A model generated the notes under the pieces. The model ran no database searches. It saw nothing but the letters and a program-made list of their open reading frames with translations, and was not told where the DNA came from. A stretch of 64,000 bases of DNA from Alphaproteobacteria bacterium (GTDB lineage: Bacteria; Pseudomonadota; Alphaproteobacteria; SHVV01). The DNA is taken from assembly GCA_965261735.1 (NCBI GenBank), contig OZ253470.1, positions 2,784,001-2,848,000 on the forward strand, written 5' to 3'. Made by a program: the position numbers and the translations under genes. Below are positions 1 to 10,077 of this stretch, piece by piece (positions within the stretch are counted from its first letter, which is position 1; each line of letters opens with the position of its first letter).

Positions 1-566
1 CAGAAGTCCCTCGCCGTCATAACCAAGAGCAAGCCGAAAACGATCGTCAAAGGCGCGTAGATCTTGGGAAGGGAGTCCTGCTCAAGGAATTTGAGCGCCA
101 GCGGCCCAAGAACCAGGATGGTGAAGATCGCGGCACTCGGAACGTGGGCAACGAGTGCCGTGACCCCGCCGGCCGCGATGCCAACGAGCACCAACATGAG
201 GAGGAACTGCGACGTGACGTCGGTCGCCGGAAAGATGGCCCAGGCGGCCGAGCCATAGGCCGCGGCGTGCACCGTGAGCGCGACAATATAAACATTGAGC
301 CAATGCCCGGCATCCGGTTGCTCGGTCTGAAAGAATCGGTGCCGGAGGTAACCTCGAACACCGGCGAGGGCCGTCACGGCGAGCCCCCAGCCCACGAGGC
401 GCGAGTGTGGTACCGCGGCCCACAAGGTCACGCCCAACGCGAGGACGGCAAGTGGCGTGACCGCCAGCGCCGCACCTAGGGATTTCCAAAGCGTGCGCAC
501 CTGCGCGGCCTGCAGCGCATGCCCCAGCAACTGGGTCGATTTCTCGGGTGCGGGCGAGACGGACAT
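1..566 (-). CDS. N-terminal multi-TM part of a membrane-bound signalling protein (histidine kinase or diguanylate cyclase-like); runs off the window
   Basis: Manually translated frame from ATG at 566 (MSVSPAPEKSTQLL...AAWAIFPATDVTSQFLLMLVLVGIAAGG...) stays open to base 1 with about 5 hydrophobic helices; catalytic domain lies outside the window. Confidence 0.55.
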   Translation of the reverse strand, partial: MSVSPAPEKSTQLLGHALQAAQVRTLWKSLGAALAVTPLAVLALGVTLWAAVPHSRLVGWGLAVTALAGVRGYLRHRFFQTEQPDAGHWLNVYIVALTVHAAAYGSAAWAIFPATDVTSQFLLMLVLVGIAAGGVTALVAHVPSAAIFTILVLGPLALKFLEQDSLPKIYAPLTIVFGLLLVMTARDF

Positions 567-747
567 GAGACAACCCAGTTAGCCTCACAGGGTTGTACCC
601 GCGTGATGGTTAAGCAAACCCGAACACCGTTGCCCCAGCCTACCTCGCCGGAACTCTGACCGAGGACCGCATCCGCTTGCCAACCAACTGTCCGGCCGCT
701 AGGCTCCCCGGCTCCCCTTGCCCCGGTGGGCGGAGGAGGGAGGGCCG

Positions 748-2034
748 ATGACCGCGATCGCCGAACCGGAAGCGGAACCGCCACCCGAACGAGCGGCGTG
801 GGCGGCCCGCTACGATGCCACCCGCGCCCTGACCGAGCGGCTCGCGCGGCCGCTGTCGGCCGAGGACCAGGCCGTACAATCGATGCCCGATGCGAGCCCG
901 ACCAAGTGGCACCTCGCGCATGTCAGCTGGTTCTTCGAAACCTTCCTGCTCAAGCGCCATCTCGCCGGCTATGGCGCCTTCAACGGCGACTTCAACTTCC
1001 TTTTCAACTCCTATTACGAGGCCGCGGGCGCACGCCACCCGCGCCCTCAGCGCGGTCTGCTTACCCGCCCGCCGCTCGGCCAGGTACTCGATTTCCGCCA
1101 CCACGTCGATCACGGGATGCGCCGGCTCATCGAGGCCGCGGGCGACGCCCGTTGGGCGGAAGTGGCACCGCTCGTCGAGCTCGGCCTCCAACACGAGCAA
1201 CAGCACCAAGAGCTGCTGCTGACCGACATCAAGCACCTGTTCTCGTGCAACCCGCTGCTACCCGGCTACCGGTCGGCAGGCGCGGCGCCGGCGTCGACCG
1301 CCGTGCCCCTCGCCTGGTGCGAGGCCGAAGGCGGCGTGGTCGAGGTCGGTGATGGCGGCACCGGATTCGCGTTCGATTGCGAACGGCCGCGCCACATCGT
1401 TGCGCTGTCGCCGTTCCGCCTCGCCTCGCGCCTGGTGACCAACGGCGAATACCTGGAGTTCATCGGCGACGGCGGCTACACGACCTTCCGCCACTGGCTG
1501 GCCGATGGCTGGGCCGTGGTACAGAGCCAGGAGTGGCGCCACCCGCTCTACTGGCAGGAGGTCGACGGGGCCTGGTTCGAGTTCACCTTGTCGGGCCTCG
1601 AACCGCTCGATGCCGCCGCGCCGGCGTGTCATCTCAGCTACTACGAGGCCGACGCCTTCGCACGATGGGCGGGAAAGCGGCTGCCGAGCGAGGCCGAATG
1701 GGAAGTGGTGGCGCGCGATATGCCACCACGCGGCAACCTGCTGGCCTCGGGGCGCCTCCACCCCGTGGCCGCCGATCCAGCCTTACCGGCCCCGTTGCAG
1801 ATGTTCGGCGACGCTTGGGAATGGACGCAAAGCCCGTTCGGGGCCTATCCCGGATTCAAGCCGGCGCCGGGCGCGATCGGCGAGTACAACGGCAAGTTCA
1901 TGTCCAACCAGTTCGTCCTGCGCGGCGGCGCCTGCACCACGCCGGACGATCACATCCGCGCGACCTATCGCAACTTCTTCTATCCCGACGCCCGCTGGCA
2001 GGTGTCGGGGCTGCGGCTCGCCGAGGACGCGTGA
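748..2034 (+). CDS. egtB: Ergothioneine biosynthesis sulfoxide synthase EgtB
   Basis: QSMPDASPTKWHLAH, FNSYY, HEQQHQELLLTD (DinB-like Fe site), FGE-sulfatase C-terminus GEYNGKFM...RATYRNFF; GGAGG RBS before ATG 748. Confidence 0.95.
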   Translation: MTAIAEPEAEPPPERAAWAARYDATRALTERLARPLSAEDQAVQSMPDASPTKWHLAHVSWFFETFLLKRHLAGYGAFNGDFNFLFNSYYEAAGARHPRPQRGLLTRPPLGQVLDFRHHVDHGMRRLIEAAGDARWAEVAPLVELGLQHEQQHQELLLTDIKHLFSCNPLLPGYRSAGAAPASTAVPLAWCEAEGGVVEVGDGGTGFAFDCERPRHIVALSPFRLASRLVTNGEYLEFIGDGGYTTFRHWLADGWAVVQSQEWRHPLYWQEVDGAWFEFTLSGLEPLDAAAPACHLSYYEADAFARWAGKRLPSEAEWEVVARDMPPRGNLLASGRLHPVAADPALPAPLQMFGDAWEWTQSPFGAYPGFKPAPGAIGEYNGKFMSNQFVLRGGACTTPDDHIRATYRNFFYPDARWQVSGLRLAEDA

Positions 2035-3008
2035 GCACCCTCGTCCAAGCCGGGCGGGCGTTGTTCCACGACGAGCACCCGCCGCTCGAAGACTTTCGCG
2101 CCGCCGTACTCGCCGGGTTGCGCCAGCCGCAAAAGAGCCTGCCGAGCAAGTTCTTCTACGACGCCCGCGGCTCGGCGTTGTTCGACGACATCACCACCCT
2201 CGACGAGTATTACCCGACTCGCACGGAGATCGCGCTGCTTCGCGACCACGCGGCCGACATGAAGGCGCTGACCGACCCGGGGTGCCAGCTCATCGAGTTC
2301 GGGAGCGCATCGAGCGCCAAGATCCGCATCCTGCTCAAGACCTTCTCCGATCTCGCCGCCTATGTGGCCATCGACATTTCGCGCGATCATCTGCTGCGCT
2401 CGGCCGACGCGTTGGCCGCGGATTTCCCGCACATCCAGGTGATGGCGGTGTGCGCCGACTACACCCGCCTCAGCGACCTGCCCGCGGCCGCCCGCGTTGC
2501 CGGGGCCGGTAGGATCGGGTTTTTCCCGGGCTCGAGCATCGGTAACTTCACGCCCGAGCAGGCTGTCGCGTTCCTCGCGCAAATAGCGGGCATGGTCGCC
2601 GGCGGGGCCCTCATCATCGGTGTCGATCTCAAGAAGGATGCGGCGACCCTCGACGCCGCCTACAACGATTCGCGGGGCGTCACCGCCGCCTTCAACCTGA
2701 ACGTGCTGGCCCGCATCAACCGTGAGCTCGGCGGCAACATCGACCTCGCCGGGTTCGCCCACAAGGCCTTCTACGCTGAGGCGCCAGGTCGGATCGAGAT
2801 GCACCTCGTCAGCCGGCGGCACCAGACGATCCATATTGCCGGGCAGGCGATCGACTTTGCCGAGGGCGAGTCCATCCACACCGAAAACTCATACAAGTAC
2901 GGCGCCGAGGAGTTCCGCGACATCGCCGTCAAGGCGGGCTTTACGCCGCGCCGGCTGTGGACGGACGCGCGCGACCTGTTCAGCATCCACTACCTCGAAG
3001 CCCGCTGA
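2031..3008 (+). CDS. egtD: L-histidine N-alpha-methyltransferase EgtD
   Basis: KSLPSKFFYDARGS, EYYPTRTE, FFPGSSIGNF, AYNDSRGVTAAFNLN, IHTENSYKY; GTGA overlap with egtB stop. Confidence 0.95.
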   Translation: MSTLVQAGRALFHDEHPPLEDFRAAVLAGLRQPQKSLPSKFFYDARGSALFDDITTLDEYYPTRTEIALLRDHAADMKALTDPGCQLIEFGSASSAKIRILLKTFSDLAAYVAIDISRDHLLRSADALAADFPHIQVMAVCADYTRLSDLPAAARVAGAGRIGFFPGSSIGNFTPEQAVAFLAQIAGMVAGGALIIGVDLKKDAATLDAAYNDSRGVTAAFNLNVLARINRELGGNIDLAGFAHKAFYAEAPGRIEMHLVSRRHQTIHIAGQAIDFAEGESIHTENSYKYGAEEFRDIAVKAGFTPRRLWTDARDLFSIHYLEAR

Positions 3009-3051
3009 TCCGGGCCAGCGGGACCGCGGACCCGCGCCCGAGGGCGTCGCC

Positions 3052-4446
3052 ATGAAGGTCACTCTGCTCGGTCACGCATCGGTGCTGGTGGAGATGGACG
3101 GGGCGACGTGCCTCATGGACCCGGTGTTCTTCGATCCCTTCGAAGAGGGCACCGTCGTGTCCTGCCCCAGGCGTACCGTCTACCCCGCGCGCCTACCGGC
3201 CATCGACACCCTGATCGTTTCGCACCGCCATCCCGATCATTTCGACATCGCCTCGCTGGCTCGCCTGCCGCGCGATTGCGACGCCATCTGCCCGGCCGAT
3301 CCACTGATCGTCTACGCCCTCGAGAGACTCGGCTTCAGCCGCATTCACCCGGTCCATCCCATGGCCGAGATTACCTCGGACCGGTTCGAGCTCTATCCCA
3401 CGCGCTCCGAGGTGCCCCGCGTACACGAGTTTGGCATGGTGTTTCGCGACGCCAGCGGCAGCTTCTGGAACCAAGTCGACACCTCGCTCTCGGATGAAAC
3501 CATCGCCCGCGTCGGCGAGCGCTTCGGGCGCGTCGATCTGCTGTTCGCCATGTACGCGAGCCAGAACTTCGAGTTCTTCGATAGCCACACCGCGCGCTTT
3601 CCGGCCTCGACCCACCGGCGCAACATGGAGACCGCGCTCGCGATCGCGCCGCGCATGCTGGCGCCGGGCTCGGCCGGATTCAGCTTTTGTGGCGAGCGCG
3701 CCTGGCTCAATGCCTTTCTCTTTCCGATCTCGCGCCAGCGCTTCATCACCGATCTTGCGGCGCTCGATCCCACCCTGGATGCGCGGGTCATGAACCCGGG
3801 CGATGTGTTCGAGATCGACGGCGGCTCGGTGGCCCACCAAGCGGGCGCCTCCGACATCGTTGTGATGGAGCGCGATGATACGGACGCGCTCCAGTTCGAC
3901 CCGACCGCGCCCATTCCCGACCTCGCCGATCCCAACCCGGAGGGGCACGCGCCTGCGCGCCTCGCCGCCGCGTGCGAGGGCTTCATCGGTGGTGCGATGG
4001 CGGACTTTGTCGCGACCGCGTATCGAGACGGAGATGCGGTGGTCGACCTTTATCGGCGCCATCAGGCGTGCTACGCCGTCGGCATCGTCCTTCCCGATGC
4101 ACAGACGCGTTGGCACAGCTTCGCCTTCGATGAGCAGGGCGCGTCCCACGCGAGCGGTAGCACGGTGCCCCGGGCCGACGTCACCCATCGCATCGCCGCC
4201 TCGGCTCTCCTCGGCTGGACCGAGCACCGCAAGAGCTTCTTCTACGTACGCGCCCTGTCGCGGCGCCACGGCGCCCTTCACCACCTCGAGTGGCACGGCG
4301 AGGCCGTGGCGCTGACGCCCGTGAACCTGCCGGATCTCCTGACGTACTACGTGCTCAACAAATCGGCGGGAGCCGATCAGGCGGCCAAGCGCCACATCGA
4401 CCTTCAGATCGCCGCCGCGCAGGGCGACGCGGCGCCGCCGGACTAG
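3052..4446 (+). CDS. MBL-fold metallo-hydrolase (UlaG/CMAH-like) with extended C-terminal domain
   Basis: MKVTLLGHASVLVE...MDP, IVSHRHPDH (HxHxDH) motif. Confidence 0.8.
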   Translation: MKVTLLGHASVLVEMDGATCLMDPVFFDPFEEGTVVSCPRRTVYPARLPAIDTLIVSHRHPDHFDIASLARLPRDCDAICPADPLIVYALERLGFSRIHPVHPMAEITSDRFELYPTRSEVPRVHEFGMVFRDASGSFWNQVDTSLSDETIARVGERFGRVDLLFAMYASQNFEFFDSHTARFPASTHRRNMETALAIAPRMLAPGSAGFSFCGERAWLNAFLFPISRQRFITDLAALDPTLDARVMNPGDVFEIDGGSVAHQAGASDIVVMERDDTDALQFDPTAPIPDLADPNPEGHAPARLAAACEGFIGGAMADFVATAYRDGDAVVDLYRRHQACYAVGIVLPDAQTRWHSFAFDEQGASHASGSTVPRADVTHRIAASALLGWTEHRKSFFYVRALSRRHGALHHLEWHGEAVALTPVNLPDLLTYYVLNKSAGADQAAKRHIDLQIAAAQGDAAPPD

Positions 4447-4880
4447 GGTTTCAGCGGGGCGACGGCGAAGTTGACGCCGAACTGCCGGCACCAGATGACG
4501 ACGGACCGGTACTCCTCGAGGTTGACGCCGCTCGGCAATTCGTAAGCCTGATCGCCGGCGGCGGCCGTCAGAGCGCCGAGATTCTGGGTGTCGGCGTTCT
4601 TGACCGACTTGCTGTCGTTGGCGTTCTCGTGGGCCACCAAGTAGACGTAAAGATCGGGACCACGGGTGACGCTGAAGTCGGCGAAGTTCAGCCTGCGCTT
4701 GCCGTCATCGCCTACCGTAACGGTCGCGGTCCCGGCTCCGGCGTGGCTGCCGACGCCGGTGAATTGGCCGGACGCGACCGACTTCTCGCCCGCTTGGGAC
4801 GGCGCCACGAAGCCGGCGCCGAGGAAGAACGCCGAGATGAGGACTGGGGCGGCAAGCCGCCGCAGGATTCGCTTTGTCAT
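4443..4880 (-). CDS. Secreted DM13 domain protein
   Basis: Signal peptide; SGQFTG..H, GPDLYVYL, SVVIWCRQFGVNFAVAPL signature. Confidence 0.85.
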   Translation of the reverse strand: MTKRILRRLAAPVLISAFFLGAGFVAPSQAGEKSVASGQFTGVGSHAGAGTATVTVGDDGKRRLNFADFSVTRGPDLYVYLVAHENANDSKSVKNADTQNLGALTAAAGDQAYELPSGVNLEEYRSVVIWCRQFGVNFAVAPLKP

Positions 4881-4920
4881 GGTCGTCACCCCGTAAGGCG
4901 AGGCCCGAAAGCCGACCGCG

Positions 4921-5946
4921 TCAGGTGCCGGGCAACCCGAAGGTCGCCACGAACGGCGCGTGAAACGCGGCGGCGCTGACGCGGTTTTTGCGGTAGGCCT
5001 CCATTTCGTCATCGAGGCCCTCATTATACGCGGTCGCGCCCTGGCACAGGATACGCGGTCGTGCCCTGGCACAGGCGATCGAGCGCCGGCGACACGAGAA
5101 TGTGATCGAGCATGAGCGGCCTACCGCTGTGGCGCACGGTATAGCGCGCCGACGCCGGCACGCGCTCCTCGACGGCCACCATGACCCGCTTTGCCAACGC
5201 CGCGTTGCCGGTGTCGTCGACGTCGGCGCGCACGATGGCCACCGGCACCTCGTGGTTGCCCGAGTTGAAGTCACCGCATAGGGCGATCAGCGCGTCTCCA
5301 TCGGCGTCGAACATCCGGTCGACGAGGAGGCGCGCCTCCAGCGCCTGGCCGTTGCGCTTGAGCGCCGACAGGAAGAATCCCTCGGCCCAGGCCGCCGCCC
5401 TATTCCACACGAATGCGCTCGCCTTACCGCCCTCGACGTAGGCCGCGAGCGGCGCCCTCAGGTGCAGTTGACGACCTCGAGCTGGCGGCAGCCGGGCAGC
5501 GCGAGACTGACGTGCAGCAGTGGGCGCTCCCAGGTCACGGCCTCGGTCGCCGCCGCCGTGGGCACGGCGGTAAGGCTGCGCCATGCCGGCGCCGGCACGT
5601 GGGTGTGGCATATCTGGGAACTGGCCACTACGGGAAATCGGCTGAGCGTCACCAAGTTTTGCACGTCGCGCAGGTGGGCGCCCGTGGCCGTGGTGGTCGC
5701 GGTCCGCTCGAAGCTCGCATAGCTGGTTCCCTCCAGGAGCGCGTCCAGGGCCGCGAGGGAGCGCACGCGCGGGGCCGTCGTCTGGCTGTTGATCTCCTGT
5801 AGGCACAGGACGTCGGCGTCGAGCCGGTCGAGCTGTGGCCGCAGCGCGGCGATTCGCTCATGGAGTTCGGGGGCGCGGCCCGGCAGGTCATCGAAGTTTT
5901 CGAGGTTGAACGTGGCGATCCTGAGGGCTTCGCGCATCGCGACCAT
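4921..5946 (-). pseudogene. Endonuclease/exonuclease/phosphatase family gene with two frameshifts
   Basis: LRIATFNLENF, DVLCLQEI, GDFN, LDHILVS and FHAPFVATF motifs are split over three ORF segments; 1-bp loss near 5463 (TGC CAC CTG to TGC ACC TG) and a 25-bp tandem duplication at 5026-5075. Confidence 0.8.
5026..5075. repeat. 25-bp tandem duplication (1 mismatch)
   Basis: atacgcggtcg[c/t]gccctggcacagg x2. Confidence 0.95.
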
Positions 5947-5955
5947 GGCCCCTCG

Positions 5956-6861
5956 TCAACCGTAGCGAGGTTTGCCGCTCGGCGGCGGCAATGACCGCGC
6001 ATAGGTCTCGATCGCCTGTTCGGGTGTACGGCTCCGGTCGTAATCCTCGGGGGTTTCGCTCCCGAGTGGGGTGCCGGCGATGAGCGCGAACATGTCGTGC
6101 GCACCCTGGTGGAAGTGGGGCGTGACGCCGGTCGCCGACAAGGTCGCCGCGATCTCCTCCATCTCCTCGGCCCAGCGCGCCGCGCGAGCCGGCAGGCGCG
6201 GCATCTTGGGTTGCATCCGGGCCCACGCCTCAGCTTCGCTGTCGCGCATCTGGGCGGCCAGCGGCTCACTTAGGCCGAGCGCCTCGGCGGCCACGAGGAC
6301 CGCGGCATACAGTCCTTGCGCGCCCTTGGTCAGGCCGGCGTAGCACATCTTGAGGGCCGATGCCTGGCCGACCTCCTCGCCCAGGATACGAACCTCGAGG
6401 CCGCCGCCTTCGAGCACCTCGAGGAGGCCGGCTTGTGCACCGCTGGCGTAGAAGCGCGTCACTCTGCCCCCTTCCGGGGGCGGCCCGATGATACCGGCGT
6501 CGATGAAGGCGGCACCGGTGGGGGCGAGTGCGGCGGCGATCTGGCGTACGTGCTCCGGCGCGATGGCGTTGCATTCGGCGAATGCGGGCGCTTTGTCGGT
6601 GGCGAGCATGGCGTCCGCAATGCGGCGCGCCACGAGGGCAGCGGCCCGCGACGGCATGATCGAGAGCACGAGATCCGCTGCTGCCACCATCGCTTCGAGG
6701 CTCGGCATGTCCTGGATGCCGGCCGCCCCGGCGAGGCCGCGCGTGCGCGCGCTCCGCCCTTCAAGGCACGTGACAACGTCCAATCCGCGCTCGCGCAAGA
6801 TGCGGCCGACGGCGTGACCCATCGCTCCCGGGCTGACGATAGCGATGGTCCGAATCGACAT
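5956..6861 (-). CDS. NAD(P)-dependent oxidoreductase, 6PGD/beta-hydroxyacid dehydrogenase-like with DUF1932 C-terminus
   Basis: IVSPGAMG Rossmann motif, DAGIIGPPP, ASALKMCYAGLTKG, RWAEEMEEIA. Confidence 0.85.
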   Translation of the reverse strand: MSIRTIAIVSPGAMGHAVGRILRERGLDVVTCLEGRSARTRGLAGAAGIQDMPSLEAMVAAADLVLSIMPSRAAALVARRIADAMLATDKAPAFAECNAIAPEHVRQIAAALAPTGAAFIDAGIIGPPPEGGRVTRFYASGAQAGLLEVLEGGGLEVRILGEEVGQASALKMCYAGLTKGAQGLYAAVLVAAEALGLSEPLAAQMRDSEAEAWARMQPKMPRLPARAARWAEEMEEIAATLSATGVTPHFHQGAHDMFALIAGTPLGSETPEDYDRSRTPEQAIETYARSLPPPSGKPRYG

Positions 6862-6965
6862 GCGAGGATTCCTCTAGGCCTGGAGAGAGCGAATTCAAGG
6901 CCGCCGGGTCGTGCGATGCGCGTTACAATGACGGACACTCGCACATCGAATTGGAGCCGCCCGAC

Positions 6966-7364
6966 ATGACCGGCAAATCCGCCAAGCCCGACGCCGAGTG
7001 GCGCGAACAGCTCACGGCTGAACAATACTACGTGTGCCGGCAAAAAGGTACGGAGCCACCGTTCTCGGGCGAGTACAACGACTGCAAGGACAGCGGCGTC
7101 TACCGCTGCGTCTGCTGCGGCGAGGCTTTATTTCATTCACGGGCCAAGTTCGATTCCGGGACCGGTTGGCCGAGCTTCACCGAGCCGGTCAGCGAGGAGG
7201 CAACGCGCGCGGAGGCGGACGAGAGCTTGGCGATGCGGCGCAGCGAAGTGCTGTGCGCCCATTGTGAGGCGCACCTCGGCCACGTGTTCGACGACGGACC
7301 CGAGCCAACCGGCATGCGCTACTGCATGAACTCGGTCGCCCTCAAATTGGAGCGCGACGCCTGA
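6966..7364 (+). CDS. msrB: Peptide-methionine (R)-S-oxide reductase MsrB
   Basis: GTEPPF, KFDSGTGWPSF, HLGHVFDDGP, RYCMNS; two CxxC Zn motifs. Confidence 0.97.
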   Translation: MTGKSAKPDAEWREQLTAEQYYVCRQKGTEPPFSGEYNDCKDSGVYRCVCCGEALFHSRAKFDSGTGWPSFTEPVSEEATRAEADESLAMRRSEVLCAHCEAHLGHVFDDGPEPTGMRYCMNSVALKLERDA

Positions 7365-7444
7365 AGCTCGACGGCAGGGCAGTCGCCGCCAGCTCAAATT
7401 GGACCGCGACGCCTGAAGCTCGACGGCAGGGCAGTCGCCGCCAG
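7341..7444. repeat. 52-bp tandem duplication of the msrB 3' end (1 mismatch)
   Basis: ctcaaattgga[g/c]cgcgacgcctgaagctcgacggcagggcagtcgccgccag at 7341-7392 and 7393-7444. Confidence 0.95.
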
Positions 7445-7471
7445 AACGCCCGCGCCAGCGCCGGCTACAGG

Positions 7472-8098
7472 TCAGATGACGCGCTTGGCCATGGCCTCGC
7501 GCCACTTGCCCTCGACATCGTCGCCGAAAACGATTTCGTCATCGGCCGGCACCGATATCCACGCATCTGCGGCGATTTCCGACTCGAGCTGGCCCGGCCC
7601 CCAGCCGGCATAGCCGAACGCAAACAGGGTGCGCCTCGGCCCCTTGCCCTTGGCGATGGCACGCACGATACCGACGTGCGCGGTCATGGATACGTCCTTG
7701 TTGACCCCGACGGTTCCGTTGCCGAGATAGTCGGCCGAGTGCAGCACGAAAGCGCGACCGAACTCCACCGGACCGCCGTAGTGCACCTTGATGTCGCCGG
7801 CGCCGACGATCGTGTCCGAGCCCATCAACTCGAGCAGGGAGGCGATCGGGCGGGTGCCGATCAGACGGTTCACCACCAAGCCCATAGCGCCTCGAGAGTC
7901 GTGGTTGATCATGAAGATGACGGTGCGCCGGAATCGCGGGTCGCCGATGTTGTCGGTGGCGACCAGCAGCCGGCCGACCAGGGTGTGGGCTTGCGCGTCC
8001 TCGCCTCGACTGGGCGCGGCGGTTCCGCGCTCGACCACTAGGGCGACAACGAGCGCGGCCGCTACGGCGGAAACCAGAAATCGAGCCTTACCCGGCAT
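7472..8098 (-). CDS. YqgE/AlgH family protein with N-terminal signal/TM segment
   Basis: GRLLVAT..DPRFRRTVI, GAMGLVVN, YGGPV, GYAGWGPGQLESEI. Confidence 0.9.
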   Translation of the reverse strand: MPGKARFLVSAVAAALVVALVVERGTAAPSRGEDAQAHTLVGRLLVATDNIGDPRFRRTVIFMINHDSRGAMGLVVNRLIGTRPIASLLELMGSDTIVGAGDIKVHYGGPVEFGRAFVLHSADYLGNGTVGVNKDVSMTAHVGIVRAIAKGKGPRRTLFAFGYAGWGPGQLESEIAADAWISVPADDEIVFGDDVEGKWREAMAKRVI

Positions 8099-8257
8099 GG
8101 CGCACCCACTCCCGATCCTGGCTGACATCGTAGGGGAAGCCTCGGGCGCTGCAAAGCGGCGGCGACGCGCCTGGGACACACCTCGGAAAGATTAGCGCCC
8201 GCCCGCGCCGCCGCCGTCTATGATCGCCCCGGTTTTTGGCGCGGCGCACGACACTGG

Positions 8258-9487
8258 ATGCGCGACATGAGTGATGGGGGGCGAGTGGCCGCGGCGGGCC
8301 CGGTGCCGTGGATCGTGCCGGCGTTGCTCATCATGGCGAGCGCGGTCGGCGTGCTCGCGACCGACATCTATTCGCCGAGCCTGCCGCACCTGCCCGCCTA
8401 TTTCTCGACCGATGCCGCGAGCGTGCAGCTCACCATGAGCCTGCATATCCTTGCCTACGCACTCGCGCAGCTCGGCCACGGTCCTTTGTCGGACCGCTTC
8501 GGCCGACGCCCGGTGTTGCTCGCCGGGGTCGCCGCGTTCGTCGTCTTCAGCCTGGCCGCCGCTGGCGCCGGATCGATCGAAACCCTGATCGCCGCCCGCA
8601 TTCTGCAGGGGATAGCGGCGAGCGCCGAGGCGGTCGTCGTACTCGCCGTGATCCGCGACCTCTACGACCAGGCCGGCGCGGTCCGCATCCTCGGCATATA
8701 CGGGATGACGCTGGCGATGGCACCTGCGGCCGGGCCGGTGATCGGCGGCTACGTGCATGTAGCACTAGGGTGGCGCGCCAACTTCCTGATTCTCGCTGGA
8801 CTCGCGGCCGCGGTCACGGTGCTGGTGTGGCGCTACCTGCCGGAGACCACGGCGCCCGATCGCGGCGCCCTGCGCCTGCGCCCGTTGGGCAGGCAGTATC
8901 TCGGGTTGCTGCTCAACCGCCGGTATATCGCCTACGTCGCGGTGATGAGCGCCAGCGTCTCCGGCATCTTCGCCTTCGTGACCGCGGGCCCGTTTATCCT
9001 GATCGACCGGCTCGGCGTCAGGACCGAGCACTTCGGCTTCTACCAGGCGGTCATCGTGCTCACCTTTTTCATCGGCAGCCTCGTCGCCAACCGCGGCGTC
9101 GGCCGCATCGGCATCGAAGCCCTTCTGCGCACGGGCTTGGCCGTGGCGGCGGCGGGCGCACTCTCGCTCCCGGCGCTACTCGCCGCCGGGCTCGAGTCGG
9201 CCGCGGGCGTGACCGCCGCCATGGCGCTCTACGCGCTCGGCCTCGGGCTCGTGTTCGCGACCGGCCCCGTGCGCGTGCTCGACATGGCGACGGGTGGACG
9301 GGGCGTTGCCGCGGCGCTGCTCGGCACGGTGCAAATGCTGGGCGGCGCCTTCGGCGCCCTGGCCGTCGGTTTCTTCCACGACGGCAGTGCCTGGCCGCTC
9401 GCGGTCACGGTCAGCGTCGTGACGACGCTAGCGGCGTGCGTCTACACCGCCGCCGCGCCATGGCGGAAAGCGGGCGTGTCTCGCTAG
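8258..9487 (+). CDS. Bcr/CflA family multidrug-efflux MFS transporter
   Basis: ATDIYSPSLP, GPLSDRFGRRPVLL, VIRDLY, GPVIGG; about 12 TMs. Confidence 0.9.
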   Translation: MRDMSDGGRVAAAGPVPWIVPALLIMASAVGVLATDIYSPSLPHLPAYFSTDAASVQLTMSLHILAYALAQLGHGPLSDRFGRRPVLLAGVAAFVVFSLAAAGAGSIETLIAARILQGIAASAEAVVVLAVIRDLYDQAGAVRILGIYGMTLAMAPAAGPVIGGYVHVALGWRANFLILAGLAAAVTVLVWRYLPETTAPDRGALRLRPLGRQYLGLLLNRRYIAYVAVMSASVSGIFAFVTAGPFILIDRLGVRTEHFGFYQAVIVLTFFIGSLVANRGVGRIGIEALLRTGLAVAAAGALSLPALLAAGLESAAGVTAAMALYALGLGLVFATGPVRVLDMATGGRGVAAALLGTVQMLGGAFGALAVGFFHDGSAWPLAVTVSVVTTLAACVYTAAAPWRKAGVSR

Positions 9488-10077
9488 CTGGCGGCCAAAC
9501 CAGCTGTGCTCGGGTTTTCGTGCTCCAGGCGTGCCGGTTATCCTTTGGTGCGCCCGAAAGGCTCGACTAAGTCCTCCATTTCATCAAAGAAGGCGATTGC
9601 TCGGTCGTGGTTCTTGGCAGGGTCGTCCTCAGTCAGCCGCATCAGGCCATACGTGTTGTGAAAGTAGTCTCCTGATCTAAGGCTGTGCTGAGTGGCCGCG
9701 ATGAGTGAGGCCTGCGCACCCGTTTCGGTGCTCAGGGAGAGGGCTCCTGCGATCGAGCCCCTGATGCCATTCGTTGCGGCCGCCAAACCTGACGCTACGA
9801 CGCCCGGATGGATCGCAATGGTCACGAGGTCGCCATATCGCCTGGCCATCTCACTGTATTGCCACATATTGCTGAGCTTTGAGCGGGCGTAGGCGATCAT
9901 GCTCCGTCCCTCGTACCGATGCACCGGCCAACACATAGAGGTCAGCCGCCGCGTAAACGACACGACAGCTATCTGCTAGCAAACCGCCGCGCCTCAATTC
10001 TTGAAGCATGAGGTGATGCCCGAGGCAGTTGACCGCGAATGTTCTCTCGTAACCTTGAGCGGATTGCTCGTAGCGAT

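Noticed and set aside
1377-2030. N-terminal extension of EgtD (543-aa ORF)
   Set aside because: Overlaps egtB out of frame; the real start is the GTG at 2031 coupled to the egtB stop
7341-7444. Possible CRISPR or other array
   Set aside because: Only two abutting copies, no spacers and no cas genes; no CRISPR array seen anywhere in the window
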